From an uncultured Planctomycetota bacterium (lineage in GTDB: Bacteria > Planctomycetota > Planctomycetia > Isosphaerales > Isosphaeraceae): a stretch of DNA of 64,000 nt. This document shows, one piece after another, positions 54,619 to 64,000 of this stretch. The notes under the pieces were generated by a model. The model worked only from the letters and a program-made list of their open reading frames with translations. It was not told where the DNA came from and ran no database searches. The stretch lies in contig CAWGMQ010000006.1 of assembly GCA_963823665.1 (NCBI GenBank), forward strand, positions 1,152,001-1,216,000, in the 5' to 3' direction. Every line of letters begins with the position of its first letter. The stretch's first letter is position 1. A program made the translations under genes and the position numbers.

Positions 54619-55737
54619 CTAGCCGACAGACCACCGGCCGTCTTGCATGACGACGCGGCCGTCAGCCGTGATTCGCCCGTCGGTTCTGGTGTCGACGATC
54701 AAGTCCCAGTGCAATGCCGATTGGTTCGTGCCTCCGGTCTCGGGGTAGCTCTGGCCGAGTGCGAGGTGCACCGTTCCGCCGATCTTCTCATCGTACAGGA
54801 TGCTGCCGGTGAATCGATCGATTCCGTTGTTGAGCCCTAGCCCGAGCTCGCCGAGCCGGCGGGCGCCAGGGTCCAGGCCGAGCATGGCTTGGAGGTAGTC
54901 TTCACCACTGGAAGCTCGCGCGCATACCACCTTGCCGTCCTCGATCTCGAGACTGATACCGGCGATCTCGCGGCCGTCGCGGCAGACGGGAAAGCCGCAC
55001 TTGAGGCGGCCCTGGGCCGAATCCTCGATCGGTCCGGTGAAGATCTCGCCGGAGGGCATGTTGCGCTTTCCGTCGGAATTGATCCAGGTTCTGCCGCCGA
55101 CGGAGAGGGTCAAATCGGTGCCGGGTGCTTCGATCCGCAAGTTGGTTGTGGTCGTCATGAATTCGACGAGGCCGGCCTGGCGGCGGCCGAGCTCTTGCCA
55201 GGCGGCTCCAGGATCATCGCGGTCGAGGAACATGGCCCGGGTGACGAAATCCTCGTATTCAGGAAGGCTCATACCCGCGGCCTGAGCGTAGGCCTCGGTC
55301 GGGTACTGGGTCAAGACCCAGCGTCCCTTCCGCGCCGCCTGGCGGATGGGGTCACGCGCGCGGTCGTAAACCGCCTGCCGGCGAGGGTCGACCCGGCTCA
55401 TCGAGTGGATGTCGTCCTCGGCGGCGATGCGGATTCGTGCGGCGACCTTCTGGGCCTCGAAGAGCGCCTCCGGCGGGAGATAGGCAAGCTGGGCGTCACT
55501 GGCTTGCTCGAGGAAATACTCGTGGAGCCCGGGGATCTCCAGGCGCAGGAGCGGAAGGCCCCCCTGGTCGACAATCGCCTTCCAGCACGCTTCGACCAAG
55601 GGCCGGGCGAGCAGGCTCGAGCTGATCGCGATCGTCTCTCCGCGCTCGACGCGCAGGCAATAATCGACCAGCAAGCCGGCCCAGCGTGCGGCCATGAGGT
55701 CGGTCAAGTGCGCATCTCCGTTCGGGCTCGCGGGCAC
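54619..55737 (-). CDS. M29 family (AmpS/AmpT-like) aminopeptidase
   Basis: NMPSGEIFTGP, LGELGLG, ILYDEKIGGTVHLALG, SALHWD. Confidence 0.93.
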   Translation of the reverse strand: MPASPNGDAHLTDLMAARWAGLLVDYCLRVERGETIAISSSLLARPLVEACWKAIVDQGGLPLLRLEIPGLHEYFLEQASDAQLAYLPPEALFEAQKVAARIRIAAEDDIHSMSRVDPRRQAVYDRARDPIRQAARKGRWVLTQYPTEAYAQAAGMSLPEYEDFVTRAMFLDRDDPGAAWQELGRRQAGLVEFMTTTTNLRIEAPGTDLTLSVGGRTWINSDGKRNMPSGEIFTGPIEDSAQGRLKCGFPVCRDGREIAGISLEIEDGKVVCARASSGEDYLQAMLGLDPGARRLGELGLGLNNGIDRFTGSILYDEKIGGTVHLALGQSYPETGGTNQSALHWDLIVDTRTDGRITADGRVVMQDGRWSVG

Positions 55738-55991
55738 GCTCTAGCGTTCAGCGAGTGACAAGTGTCATAGTCTCAAAATCAGCTTATCGAAACCCCGATG
55801 GCTCTGCAACAGAAGTCGGGCGCGGGGCTGGTCTCGAGGGTAAGACGGCAGGAAGCGCAGCGCCTGGTCGTGGCGCGGTGTTCTTGACGCTTTGAGCAAA
55901 AGACTTGAGAATCTCCAGTGTCGCCGCGAGTCGCATGGCTCTCCGCGCCTGGGATGCACAGGATGGTTTCATGCTCACGGGAACGATTCCA

Positions 55992-57953
55992 ATGACCCCA
56001 CTTTCAACTCGCCTCGCAAGAACGGCCGATTTATTGATTTTGCGACCGCGGCCGGCGCTCTCGCGCTGCTTTCTGGGTGTGATCGCGTGCGGTCTGATCG
56101 CGGGGTTGTGTTTGCGATCGGCCGCGGGCGGAGACGACGCGCCCTCCGGCGTTGGTTTGACGCCGGCCGAGGCACGGATGAAGTCGGACGTGACGTTCCT
56201 TGCAGCCGACGCGCAGGAAGGGCGCGCTCCCGGCACCAAGGGCATCGAGGCCTCGGCCGAATATATTGCGAACGTCTTCAAGAAGGCCGGGCTCAAGCCG
56301 GCGCCGGGTGCCGACGGCTATTTTCAGCCGTTCTCGATCTCCGGCGGCGCTCGCTTGAAGGGCAGCCAGCTCCTGGTCTTGAACGGGCCGGAGGGCAAGA
56401 ACGTCACTCCCGTGTTTGCGGGTGATTTCACGCCGCTGGCCATTGGCACGGGCCGGGACCTTGAGAACGTGCCCATCGTGTTTGCCGGCTACGGGATCAC
56501 CGCCAAGAACAGCCGGCGGCACCCCGGGCTCGACTATGACGACTACGCCACGGTGGACGTGAAGGGCAAGGCCGTGCTGGTTCTGCGCCGCGAGCCGCAG
56601 CAGCACGATGCGAACAGTCCGTTCGAAGGCAAGGTCGATTCCAACTTCGCGACGTTTCAGCACAAGGCGGTCAATGCGTTCCAGCATGGGGCGGCGGCGG
56701 TGATCCTGGTCAACAACCTGGCCGGACTGGCCGGCCAGGAAGATCGGGTCGTCGCGTTCTCGCAGGCTGGTCCCTCGCCGATTTCGAACATTCCGTTCCT
56801 GATGATGACTCGCGAGAAAGCCGACGAGTTTCTCAAGGCGGCCGGCCAGCCCTCGCTCGAGGATTTCGAGGTCAAGATCGACGATGAGCTCAAACCGCGG
56901 TCCCGCGAGATCAAGGGGTGGACCTTGACCGCGAAGATCAACATCGACGAGAGGAAGGTTGATACCAAGAACGTCGTCGGCGTCCTGGAAGGCTCCGGGC
57001 CGCGTGCGAATGAAACCGTGATCGTCGGCGGCCATTACGACCATCTGGGGCGCGGCGGGCTGTTGTCGGGGTCGCTCGCGATGCTCTCCCGGGACATTCA
57101 TAACGGAGCCGACGATAATGCCTCGGGAACGTCGATGGTCCTCGAGCTGGCGAGGCGCCTCGGTGCTCGTCAGGACCCCCTTCCCCGCCGCATTGTTTTC
57201 ATGGCGTTCAGCGGTGAAGAACGCGGGCTGCTGGGATCGCAGTATTACGTCAATCATCCGCTCATCCCGCTGGATGACACGGTCATCATGATCAACTGCG
57301 ACATGGTCGGTCGAATGGGCACAAACGGCCCGCTCACGATGGTCGGCACCGGCACGACGCCGGGAATCGGCGCGCTCGTGGACGTGCTGGGCGAATCGGC
57401 GGGCTTGAAGATCAAGAAGGTTCCCGGGCTCTCCGACGGCTTTGGCGGCAGCGACCACGAGTCGTTTTATCACAAGGGGATCCCGGTCCTGTTTGCATTC
57501 ACCGGGTTGCATGTTGATTACCATCGCCCGAGCGACGACTCGGACAAGATCAACTACACCGGCATGGGGCGCATCGCCGACTATCTCGAGCTGATCACGC
57601 TTGACCTGGCGCGACGCCCGGCGCGGCCGTCTTATCTCAAGATCACGGAAGACCGGCAGGCGCATCCGCGCGGCATGTCGGTCTCGCTGGGCATCACGCC
57701 CGACTATGGAAACGACAAGCCCGACGGCCTCAGGATCACCGCGGTGCGCGGCGGCGGGCCGGCTGAGAAGGCCGGCCTCAAGGGGGGCGACCGCATCGTG
57801 CGCTGTGGGTCCAAGGCGATCGGAACGCTGGACGATTACATGGAAACCATGGCCGATTACAAGCCGGGCGACCAGCTCGAAATTGTCGTGGTCCGCGACG
57901 GCAAGGAGCTCAAGCTCACGGCCACCCTGGGCGGCGCCGTGCGTCCGCAGTGA
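55992..57953 (+). CDS. M28 family peptidase with PA and PDZ domains
   Basis: GGHYDHLG, NGADDNASG, FSGEERGLLGS, SDHESF, YHRPSDD; C-terminal LGITPDY PDZ. Confidence 0.93.
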   Translation: MTPLSTRLARTADLLILRPRPALSRCFLGVIACGLIAGLCLRSAAGGDDAPSGVGLTPAEARMKSDVTFLAADAQEGRAPGTKGIEASAEYIANVFKKAGLKPAPGADGYFQPFSISGGARLKGSQLLVLNGPEGKNVTPVFAGDFTPLAIGTGRDLENVPIVFAGYGITAKNSRRHPGLDYDDYATVDVKGKAVLVLRREPQQHDANSPFEGKVDSNFATFQHKAVNAFQHGAAAVILVNNLAGLAGQEDRVVAFSQAGPSPISNIPFLMMTREKADEFLKAAGQPSLEDFEVKIDDELKPRSREIKGWTLTAKINIDERKVDTKNVVGVLEGSGPRANETVIVGGHYDHLGRGGLLSGSLAMLSRDIHNGADDNASGTSMVLELARRLGARQDPLPRRIVFMAFSGEERGLLGSQYYVNHPLIPLDDTVIMINCDMVGRMGTNGPLTMVGTGTTPGIGALVDVLGESAGLKIKKVPGLSDGFGGSDHESFYHKGIPVLFAFTGLHVDYHRPSDDSDKINYTGMGRIADYLELITLDLARRPARPSYLKITEDRQAHPRGMSVSLGITPDYGNDKPDGLRITAVRGGGPAEKAGLKGGDRIVRCGSKAIGTLDDYMETMADYKPGDQLEIVVVRDGKELKLTATLGGAVRPQ

Positions 57954-58022
57954 CTTTCACGCGTTTCTTTTCGTCTCGTCTCGCCAGGTCCGAACCCGAG
58001 CATTTGGCGCTGGACCAGAACC

Positions 58023-59288
58023 TTGAATCGCAACCCGCCTTGCCGCGATCAACCACGCCTCGCGCGGATCGGGGCGCTCGTCCTGGGGGCCATATTTCTT
58101 GTTTCGGCGGGCTGCGCACGGCAGCCGCCGGGCCTGGTGGTCGCGACCTCGTGGCCGGCGGAGGCTCGCCGCGGGCTCGAAGCGGACTTCGCACGCTGGG
58201 CCGGTGCCCGAGAAGATCGCCAGGACTTTCGCCACGTGCGAATCGAGTGGCTGACTTTCCCATCCGGGGAAGATCTGGTCAAGCTCCCGTTTCGGGCGAC
58301 CCCGCCTCACGTGATTCTGGGCGGGCCTACAGGTGCGCTCGCGCTCCTGGCGAATATGGATCGGCTGTCGCCGATCGAACACGCGGACCAGACGCGCTGG
58401 TGCGAGCTTGTGCGGCCGGGTGGGGATGGCGCGCGATCGCTCGAGGCGGCCGGCGGCTGCACGGACCCGCGCCGCAACCGAGCATCGCTCCTCTGGGCGA
58501 AGAGTCAGCTTTCCTCAGCGGGATGGCGTGAGGGTTATGCGCGGTTGGTCCAGTCGGCGGCGAAGCGGGATCGCGTCGGAGCATCATACGATCATCCGCC
58601 CATGTTGGAGCTGGCGCGGGCTCAGCGTTTCGGGGGCGACGGCGATGGGGGGAAACCGGGCGATCGGGTTGACGAGATCGAGGGCGTGGCGATCGTTCGT
58701 GGCGCGGGCGGAGAGCAGCTTGCGCAAGGCTTCCTCCGGTTTCTGGTCGAGACCCGGGGTGCGAAGACCGCCGCGAGCCGTAGCGGCTCTCGAGGGGATG
58801 GATTCGAATCCGAGGAAATCAACTCGTTGATCGCCGATTTGCTGGGTTCGACGCTGGTTGATGCCCAGGATGAGCTGTGGGCGGCGGTGCGTGCGCTCGA
58901 CGGGCTTGCCGACACAGAACAAGCGATCGAATGGCTGACCGAGCCTCCGCCGTGGCCGCCGGCCTCGGTGGCGAAGTATCTTGGCAGGGAGGGCGAGCGC
59001 GCGATGGCCTTGATCGAGACGCTCGCGGCCCTTGTCGCGCCGGAGGCGCCCGAACGTGCCTGGCTGCTGCGGAGCTGGCTGTCCCCGGCGCGGCCGGTTG
59101 ATCCGACGCTGCTCTCGGAGTTGACAGAGGCGGCTGGGGGCCGTCTCTGCCGCGAAGCGAGGTTTCGTGCCTGGCTTCGTGAGGAATGGACGGCCTGGGC
59201 TCGCCAGCGGTATCGTCGCGTGGCGCGCTGGGCCGGCTCTCAGCCGAACGGTTCCGGCGGCAGTGAAAGGACCTCGGCCCTGCGATGA
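58023..59288 (+). CDS. Lipoprotein resembling a divergent ABC substrate-binding protein
   Basis: Lipobox-like SAGC; DPR, EGYARLV, EGVAIVRG..AQGFLRFL; ATGA overlap with the ATPase gene. Confidence 0.6.
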   Translation: MNRNPPCRDQPRLARIGALVLGAIFLVSAGCARQPPGLVVATSWPAEARRGLEADFARWAGAREDRQDFRHVRIEWLTFPSGEDLVKLPFRATPPHVILGGPTGALALLANMDRLSPIEHADQTRWCELVRPGGDGARSLEAAGGCTDPRRNRASLLWAKSQLSSAGWREGYARLVQSAAKRDRVGASYDHPPMLELARAQRFGGDGDGGKPGDRVDEIEGVAIVRGAGGEQLAQGFLRFLVETRGAKTAASRSGSRGDGFESEEINSLIADLLGSTLVDAQDELWAAVRALDGLADTEQAIEWLTEPPPWPPASVAKYLGREGERAMALIETLAALVAPEAPERAWLLRSWLSPARPVDPTLLSELTEAAGGRLCREARFRAWLREEWTAWARQRYRRVARWAGSQPNGSGGSERTSALR

Positions 59289-60380
59289 TTCGTGTCATCC
59301 TGGAACGTCTGGAGAAGCGATTCGGTGCCCTGGCGGCCGTGGACGGGGCGTCACTCGAGCTTCGTCCGGGTGAATTGACTTACGTTCTGGGGCCTCCCGG
59401 CGCCGGCAAATCGACCCTGGCCCGGCTGGTGTCGGGGCTCGAGAATCCCGACGACGGCGAGATCTATATTGGAGAGCGCCTGGTTGTTGCGGTGGCCCCT
59501 CACGAGCGCGGCACAGGGATGGTGTTCCAGGACCTGGGTCTGTGGCCGGGGCTTTCGGTCGCCGAGAACGTCGGCTATCCGCTCAAGATTCAGAAGCTGG
59601 CACGCCCGGAGCGCCGGCGGCGGATCGCGGAGGTGCTCTCCGCGCTGCGGATCGACAGCCTGGCGGGCCGACGCCCCGCTGCTCTGACGCCACAACAGAA
59701 GCTGCGCACGGCGCTGGCGCGCGCGCTGGTGACGCAGCCGAATTTCCTGGTTCTCGATGAGCCGCTGGGCTCGCTCGAGCCGCGGGTGCGCGAAGAGTGC
59801 TGGGACGACTTGAGGAGGGTCCACGCGGAGACCGGCGTGACGATGCTGGTCTTCACGGACAACCCGCTCGAGGCGCTGGCGCTGGCCGATCAGCTTGCGG
59901 TGATGGATCTGGGCAAGATCCTCCAGTGCGGCACGCCGCAGGAGCTGTACAGCCGGCCGATCGATGTGTTCGTGGCGCGGCTGCTGGGCCCAACGAATCT
60001 CTTGCAGGGGCAGGTGGAGAGCCAGATGACCGAAGCGAAGGGCGAAGTCGTGGTGCGCACGCCCCTGGGCCGTTTGATCGGCCACATGATTCCGGGCCAG
60101 GCGGGCCCGGGCGCGCCGGTGACGATCTCGGTGCGGCCCGAGACCGTTTCACTCGGCCCGACCACGCCTGCGGGATGGAACCGATTTCCGGCGACGATCG
60201 AGCGCATCATCTTTCGGGGAGAGCTGAGGCAGATTCACCTCCGCGGCCCTGGCGACTGGCCGGTGGTTGTCTCGGCGCGTGCAGAGCCAGTCGACGGCGC
60301 TGCGCGAGGGGCAGAGTCTGACACTCTCGGTGGCACCGGAGCACGTGGTGGTTTTGTCGGGGAAGTTCGCGGTGGGGTGA
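59285..60380 (+). CDS. ABC ATPase (PotA/FbpC-like, TOBE C-terminus) with degenerate signature; frameshift near 60278
   Basis: Walker A GPPGAGKS, MVFQD, LVLDEP; LTPQQK replaces LSGGQ. Confidence 0.85.
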
Positions 60381-60397
60381 GGCGTGCGCGTGCCGAA

Positions 60398-60684
60398 ATG
60401 GAGATTGCGATTTCACCTGGATGCCGAGACAGGGGCTGCCGCACATTTATGAGCACGGAGTGACGGAAGACGAAAATCGGCAGATCCTGGCTCGCCCAGG
60501 TGCAGAGTTTGCCGGTCGATCCGATTCGCGAATCGCGCTGGGCCAAACCATCGCTGGACGGCATCTTGAAGTTGTGCATGTTCCCGACGACGACCGAGCC
60601 GGCGCGTTTGTGGTGACCGCCTACCCGCTTGTGGGACGCGCTCTCAAGGCATACCGGCGACGCCGAAGGAGAAGGGGAAAATGA
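60398..60684 (+). CDS. Putative BrnT/RelE-like toxin (N-terminus frameshifted)
   Basis: Reconstructed M..RFHLDAETGLPHIYEHGVTEDE..ALGQTIAGRHLEVV..FVVTAY..RRRRR. Confidence 0.65.
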
Positions 60685-60907
60685 AAAAAACCAACCGAAA
60701 AAGCCTGCGGTGAAGCAGCGGCTGCCGCGCGGCTGGACGGAACAGAAAATCGTCGAGCTTCGCGAGCACTACGAGAATCAGACCGAGGAAGAACAGGAAG
60801 CCGAACACGAGGCTGCGTACAGTTCGAACGATCAAACGATGATGGGCGTGCCAGTCGAGCTAGTTCCCGAAGTTCGGAGACTGATCGCCAGTAGGCGACG
60901 AGCGTGA
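60681..60907 (+). CDS. Putative small acidic antitoxin (indel in an A run near the start)
   Basis: ATGA overlap with the toxin; LPRGWTEQKI..HYENQTEEEQEAEHEAA..VPVELVPEVRRLIA. Confidence 0.62.
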
Positions 60908-60926
60908 GCGCTCCGAGCCGAATCGA

Positions 60927-62714
60927 TCATTCACCGTTTTTCTTGTTCGGGCCCGACAGTCGCTGGAAATGGCGGTTGCCGTATTCGACGGTGTCTCGAC
61001 CAAACTCGACCGAGTCTCCGTCGGCGGTGAAGAACAGTCCCGGGCTGTATTCCTTGAGTTTCAGTCGATCGTTCCAGTATATGTAACCGTTCTTCAATGT
61101 GACACGGCTTTCCACATCCTGTCCGTATGCGGTTGCATGGTAGACACCCAAGAAGGGCGTCCATTTCGGCTTGGCCGGGCCTGGCGGATCGCGCGGTGAG
61201 TCATTGGGAACGAAGAAGCTCACGCCGTTGTCGCCGTGGTTGCGGATTTCCTGCACGGCTCCCCGGTCGTCCAGTACAAACTCATAGAGATCGCCGCCAC
61301 GGACGAATTGCGTTCCAGAAAGTGCGTCGAGAGGATCGGTGCGCTTTCCCCTGACGATGTGGAGACGGTCGGCTTCGAGGCGGAAGCCTGTGAGTTGTGC
61401 TCCGACCAGATAGGTTCCTTCGAGCCGCTTGAGCTCCTCGGCAGGCGTCGCAATCACCGGCTTCCGGGTCCAGGGCAGCGGTTCATCGGGAGGCAATGCG
61501 CCGCGCTTGGCGAGGATCATCGCTTGCAAGGTTCGGTCTGCGAGGTCCGACACGAAGTTGTCTCCCTCGGCGCCATTGGTTAGCACCGCCACGCCGACGC
61601 CGTACTCCGGAACCCAGCGCTGGTCGGTCGAGTAGCCGTAACCGCCGCCGCCGTGGAAGACGAGCGTCGCCCCGTGGAAAGGCCGGCTGTTGACGCCGAA
61701 GCCGTAGCCGGCCTTCTGGCCCGGCAAAGTGAATTGAGGGGTATACAGTGCACGAACGAGATCGGCCGGGATAAGCCGGCGCCCGTGGATCACGCCACCC
61801 GCAAGCTGGAACGAGAGGAAGCTCGCCATCTCTCTCACGCTCGAATACATGCCGCCGGCTCCGAGCATCGGTATTTCAAGCGGCGGCACTTCCTTCCCCT
61901 CGATGTGGCCTCGCGCACGGTCGGCGGCCGCCAGTGCTTGCGTTTGTTCAAACGTGCTCTTCAGCATGGCGAGGGGCTCGAGCAGCTCCTCGCGCATGAA
62001 CCGGTGAAATGGCTTGCCGGCACGCTCTTCTAGCGCAAAAGCGACGAGGTCATATCCGAGATTCGAGTATCGGAAACGCTTGCCGAGGGGGCATTTGAGC
62101 CACGTGTCGGAGATGCTGCGCACATGCTCGTCGAATCGACAGTGCCAATCACCGTAGTTATTGCCGATCGGGGCTTCATGACACAGGCCGCCCCAGTGGC
62201 AGAGCAGGTGGCGAAAAGTAATGCCATCGACCTCGGCTTCACCCAGGGCGGAACGTACCCGGAACCCGCTGACAGCATTCCGCAACGGCTGATCCAGAGT
62301 GAACTGCTTCCGTCCAACTGCCATCAAGAATGCCGTGGCCGTATAGGTTTTGGTGACGGATTGAAGACTGAAGAGCGTCTCGGCCGTGACGGCTTCCTTG
62401 GCTGACCGATTCGTGAATCCAAATCCGCCCGCCCAGACGACCGTTTGGTCATCGACCAGGGCGATTGCGGCGCCTGGTACTCCGTTTTCCTTCAAGAGCA
62501 TGGGAACATCGCGCTTCAGCACGGCCACGACGGGTGCGTAATCGGGCTCCTTTGCAGGTAGGCGGGATCGATCAGGCCGTGCTCGGCTCGAAATCTCAAC
62601 AGGTGCCGGACCGCTGACGGGCTGTGATTGAGGGAGTTCAAAGCGCGCCTCCGGCACGTCGTTGAAACTCAATACCAGGGCAACTGCCAGGAAGTTTAGA
62701 GATTGCAGTGTCAT
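60927..62714 (-). CDS. Serine hydrolase, beta-lactamase/AmpC-like family with C-terminal extension
   Basis: SVTK (SxxK), YSN, FHGG motifs. Confidence 0.9.
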   Translation of the reverse strand: MTLQSLNFLAVALVLSFNDVPEARFELPQSQPVSGPAPVEISSRARPDRSRLPAKEPDYAPVVAVLKRDVPMLLKENGVPGAAIALVDDQTVVWAGGFGFTNRSAKEAVTAETLFSLQSVTKTYTATAFLMAVGRKQFTLDQPLRNAVSGFRVRSALGEAEVDGITFRHLLCHWGGLCHEAPIGNNYGDWHCRFDEHVRSISDTWLKCPLGKRFRYSNLGYDLVAFALEERAGKPFHRFMREELLEPLAMLKSTFEQTQALAAADRARGHIEGKEVPPLEIPMLGAGGMYSSVREMASFLSFQLAGGVIHGRRLIPADLVRALYTPQFTLPGQKAGYGFGVNSRPFHGATLVFHGGGGYGYSTDQRWVPEYGVGVAVLTNGAEGDNFVSDLADRTLQAMILAKRGALPPDEPLPWTRKPVIATPAEELKRLEGTYLVGAQLTGFRLEADRLHIVRGKRTDPLDALSGTQFVRGGDLYEFVLDDRGAVQEIRNHGDNGVSFFVPNDSPRDPPGPAKPKWTPFLGVYHATAYGQDVESRVTLKNGYIYWNDRLKLKEYSPGLFFTADGDSVEFGRDTVEYGNRHFQRLSGPNKKNGE

Positions 62715-63037
62715 CGATCGCTATCCTCTGGGTGGCTAAACTGCGGATGCAGGCAACGACCCCCACGGGGATGCCAGCAGTCGGAGTGAATCTCACCGGC
62801 CGGGTGGAACACCAGATTCGACGGCGAACCCGTGCGCTGCCGACCGCTGCACTTTTGCGAGCACGAACCCTCGAGCACAAGGTAAAAGAACGCGCACTCG
62901 TGGGCGTGAGGGCGACTCTCGAACCCCGGTCCGTATGCCGATTCCACCAGCAACAAGTGGTCCGCCCGGAACCGCCTGAGGGTTTGTCCGAGGAACGAAC
63001 CCGGCTTGAGGGATTGAGTCCGGGTGTTGTGCGCCAC
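62711..63037 (-). pseudogene. AraC-type cupin ligand-binding domain without DNA-binding HTH (truncated regulator or stand-alone cupin)
   Basis: RBS GAGGAG + GTG; PHAHE..FYLVLEG..FHPAGEIH; stop overlaps the hydrolase ATG. Confidence 0.6.
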
Positions 63038-63136
63038 CGCCTTCTCCTCACGTGAAGTTGAAATGATCTGGCTGTACGGACAGCTCGCGCCCATTATACC
63101 CTTCTGTATGCCCGTTGAGTGTCGAAAGGGGATCTC

Positions 63137-64000
63137 ATGCGCTGGCGTTTCATCGACCCCAAAAATCAGCCGGAATGTGCTGATCGTGAGAGGGTGATCG
63201 CGAAGATCGACTCATGGTGGCAGAACTTTCTGGGCCAGACCGATCAGATCTCGGATCTGTTCTCCCAGAAGATGCAGTGGGATTTGCCGGAGTGGATGGA
63301 GCAGCATCTGGGCGCCATCGATTCGCGCTTGTGCTGGGAGTTTGGCCCCGCCGTGCGCGGCGCCGGGCATCGGCTGGTCGTCACCCCGGAGTCGGCTCAT
63401 CACTTGCGGCCGCTGGTGCGGGCGATCCTGGCGCGTGCCCCGAATCTCGCCGGCTGGGAGTTTTACGAATATCGGCTGGGGGAAGACCTTGAATCTGCGA
63501 AGCACTCGGTTGAAGGGCGATGCCAGCGTGATATCGCCGATTTCAAGGTGCGTGCGTCGCGTAGTGAGCTGCAACGCATCGACTTGAATTACACGTCACC
63601 TTCGATCGATGGCCGGAAGGACCAGTCGGCGCTCCACGCCGCTTTTGTCGCCACGGAATCGCTGCTCGGGGAAGAATGCCTGGATCACTGGATCGGGGCG
63701 ATCGAGTTAACGGCGTCGTCGCGCGGGAAGGGGTTGAAGTCGCTGTTCCGGCGCGGTGAGCCGGAGGTGCCGCATTTTTTCGGGCTCGACCGTTTGAATG
63801 AGACTGTGAACGCTCTGATCGGGAGCATCCGGGATCAACTGCCGCCGAGTCCACATTGCGACCGGGACGAAAAGGCAGAATGGACTCTCTGGAAACTGCA
63901 GCCCAAAAAGTCTGACGACTACGTCGGGCAGTTGGATCTGTTTGTCGGCAAGTCAGCCAATCAACCGCTCTGGACCGCGGCGCAGAGTAATGGCCTCTTT
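63137..64000 (+). CDS. Hypothetical protein, 3' partial (possibly DUF695-related)
   Basis: Manual translation MRWRFIDPKNQ..IDSWWQNF..LCWEFGP..LVVTPE..ILARAPNLAGWEF..LLGEE; open to the window end. Confidence 0.75.
   Translation, partial: MRWRFIDPKNQPECADRERVIAKIDSWWQNFLGQTDQISDLFSQKMQWDLPEWMEQHLGAIDSRLCWEFGPAVRGAGHRLVVTPESAHHLRPLVRAILARAPNLAGWEFYEYRLGEDLESAKHSVEGRCQRDIADFKVRASRSELQRIDLNYTSPSIDGRKDQSALHAAFVATESLLGEECLDHWIGAIELTASSRGKGLKSLFRRGEPEVPHFFGLDRLNETVNALIGSIRDQLPPSPHCDRDEKAEWTLWKLQPKKSDDYVGQLDLFVGKSANQPLWTAAQSNGLF

Noticed and set aside
7400..60700. More than 20 frameshifts suggesting mass pseudogenisation or widespread recoding
   Set aside because: They hit housekeeping-type genes (Rieske, cytochrome b, NrnA, epimerase) as single-base indels with otherwise intact motifs, which is typical of long-read error. 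Only the A9 site has independent supporting features.
60927..62714. Bona fide antibiotic-resistance beta-lactamase controlled by the BlaI/BlaR1 pair
   Set aside because: It has only generic serine hydrolase family motifs, lies more than 50 kb from the pair, and I saw no copy of the operator upstream.

Overview
GC-rich bacterial chromosomal window, very probably from a planctomycete of the Isosphaeraceae/Gemmataceae type. The evidence is an ECF sigma factor with a huge C-terminal extension, an ECF sigma + Ser/Thr kinase-WD40 pair, a LEPR-XLL-type exported giant protein, DUF4058/Uma2 genes, a CRTAC1-like protein and a HEAT+HINT protein. Many genes are broken by single-base indels, most likely uncorrected long-read errors, so I reconstructed many CDS across frames by eye. 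About 40 genes are present. I saw no rRNA, tRNA, CRISPR array, integrase or transposase. The strongest leads are: (1) an A9 run at 32349-32357 that joins an STN/(GGM)n protein to a downstream TPR-like ORF with no obvious ribosome-binding site in the -1 frame, a candidate programmed slippage site; (2) a membrane-anchored ECF sigma factor carrying a tandemly duplicated pair of STN-like domains; (3) three phased BlaI-type operator palindromes; (4) a DUF4058 gene bracketed by perfect 25-bp direct repeats; (5) three apparent pseudo-enzymes (HtrA, C26 amidotransferase, ABC ATPase); (6) an McsA-like zinc finger fused to a membrane protein; (7) a HINT protein lacking the terminal Asn; (8) a variable-looking helical insert before a DPN motif in the giant surface protein.
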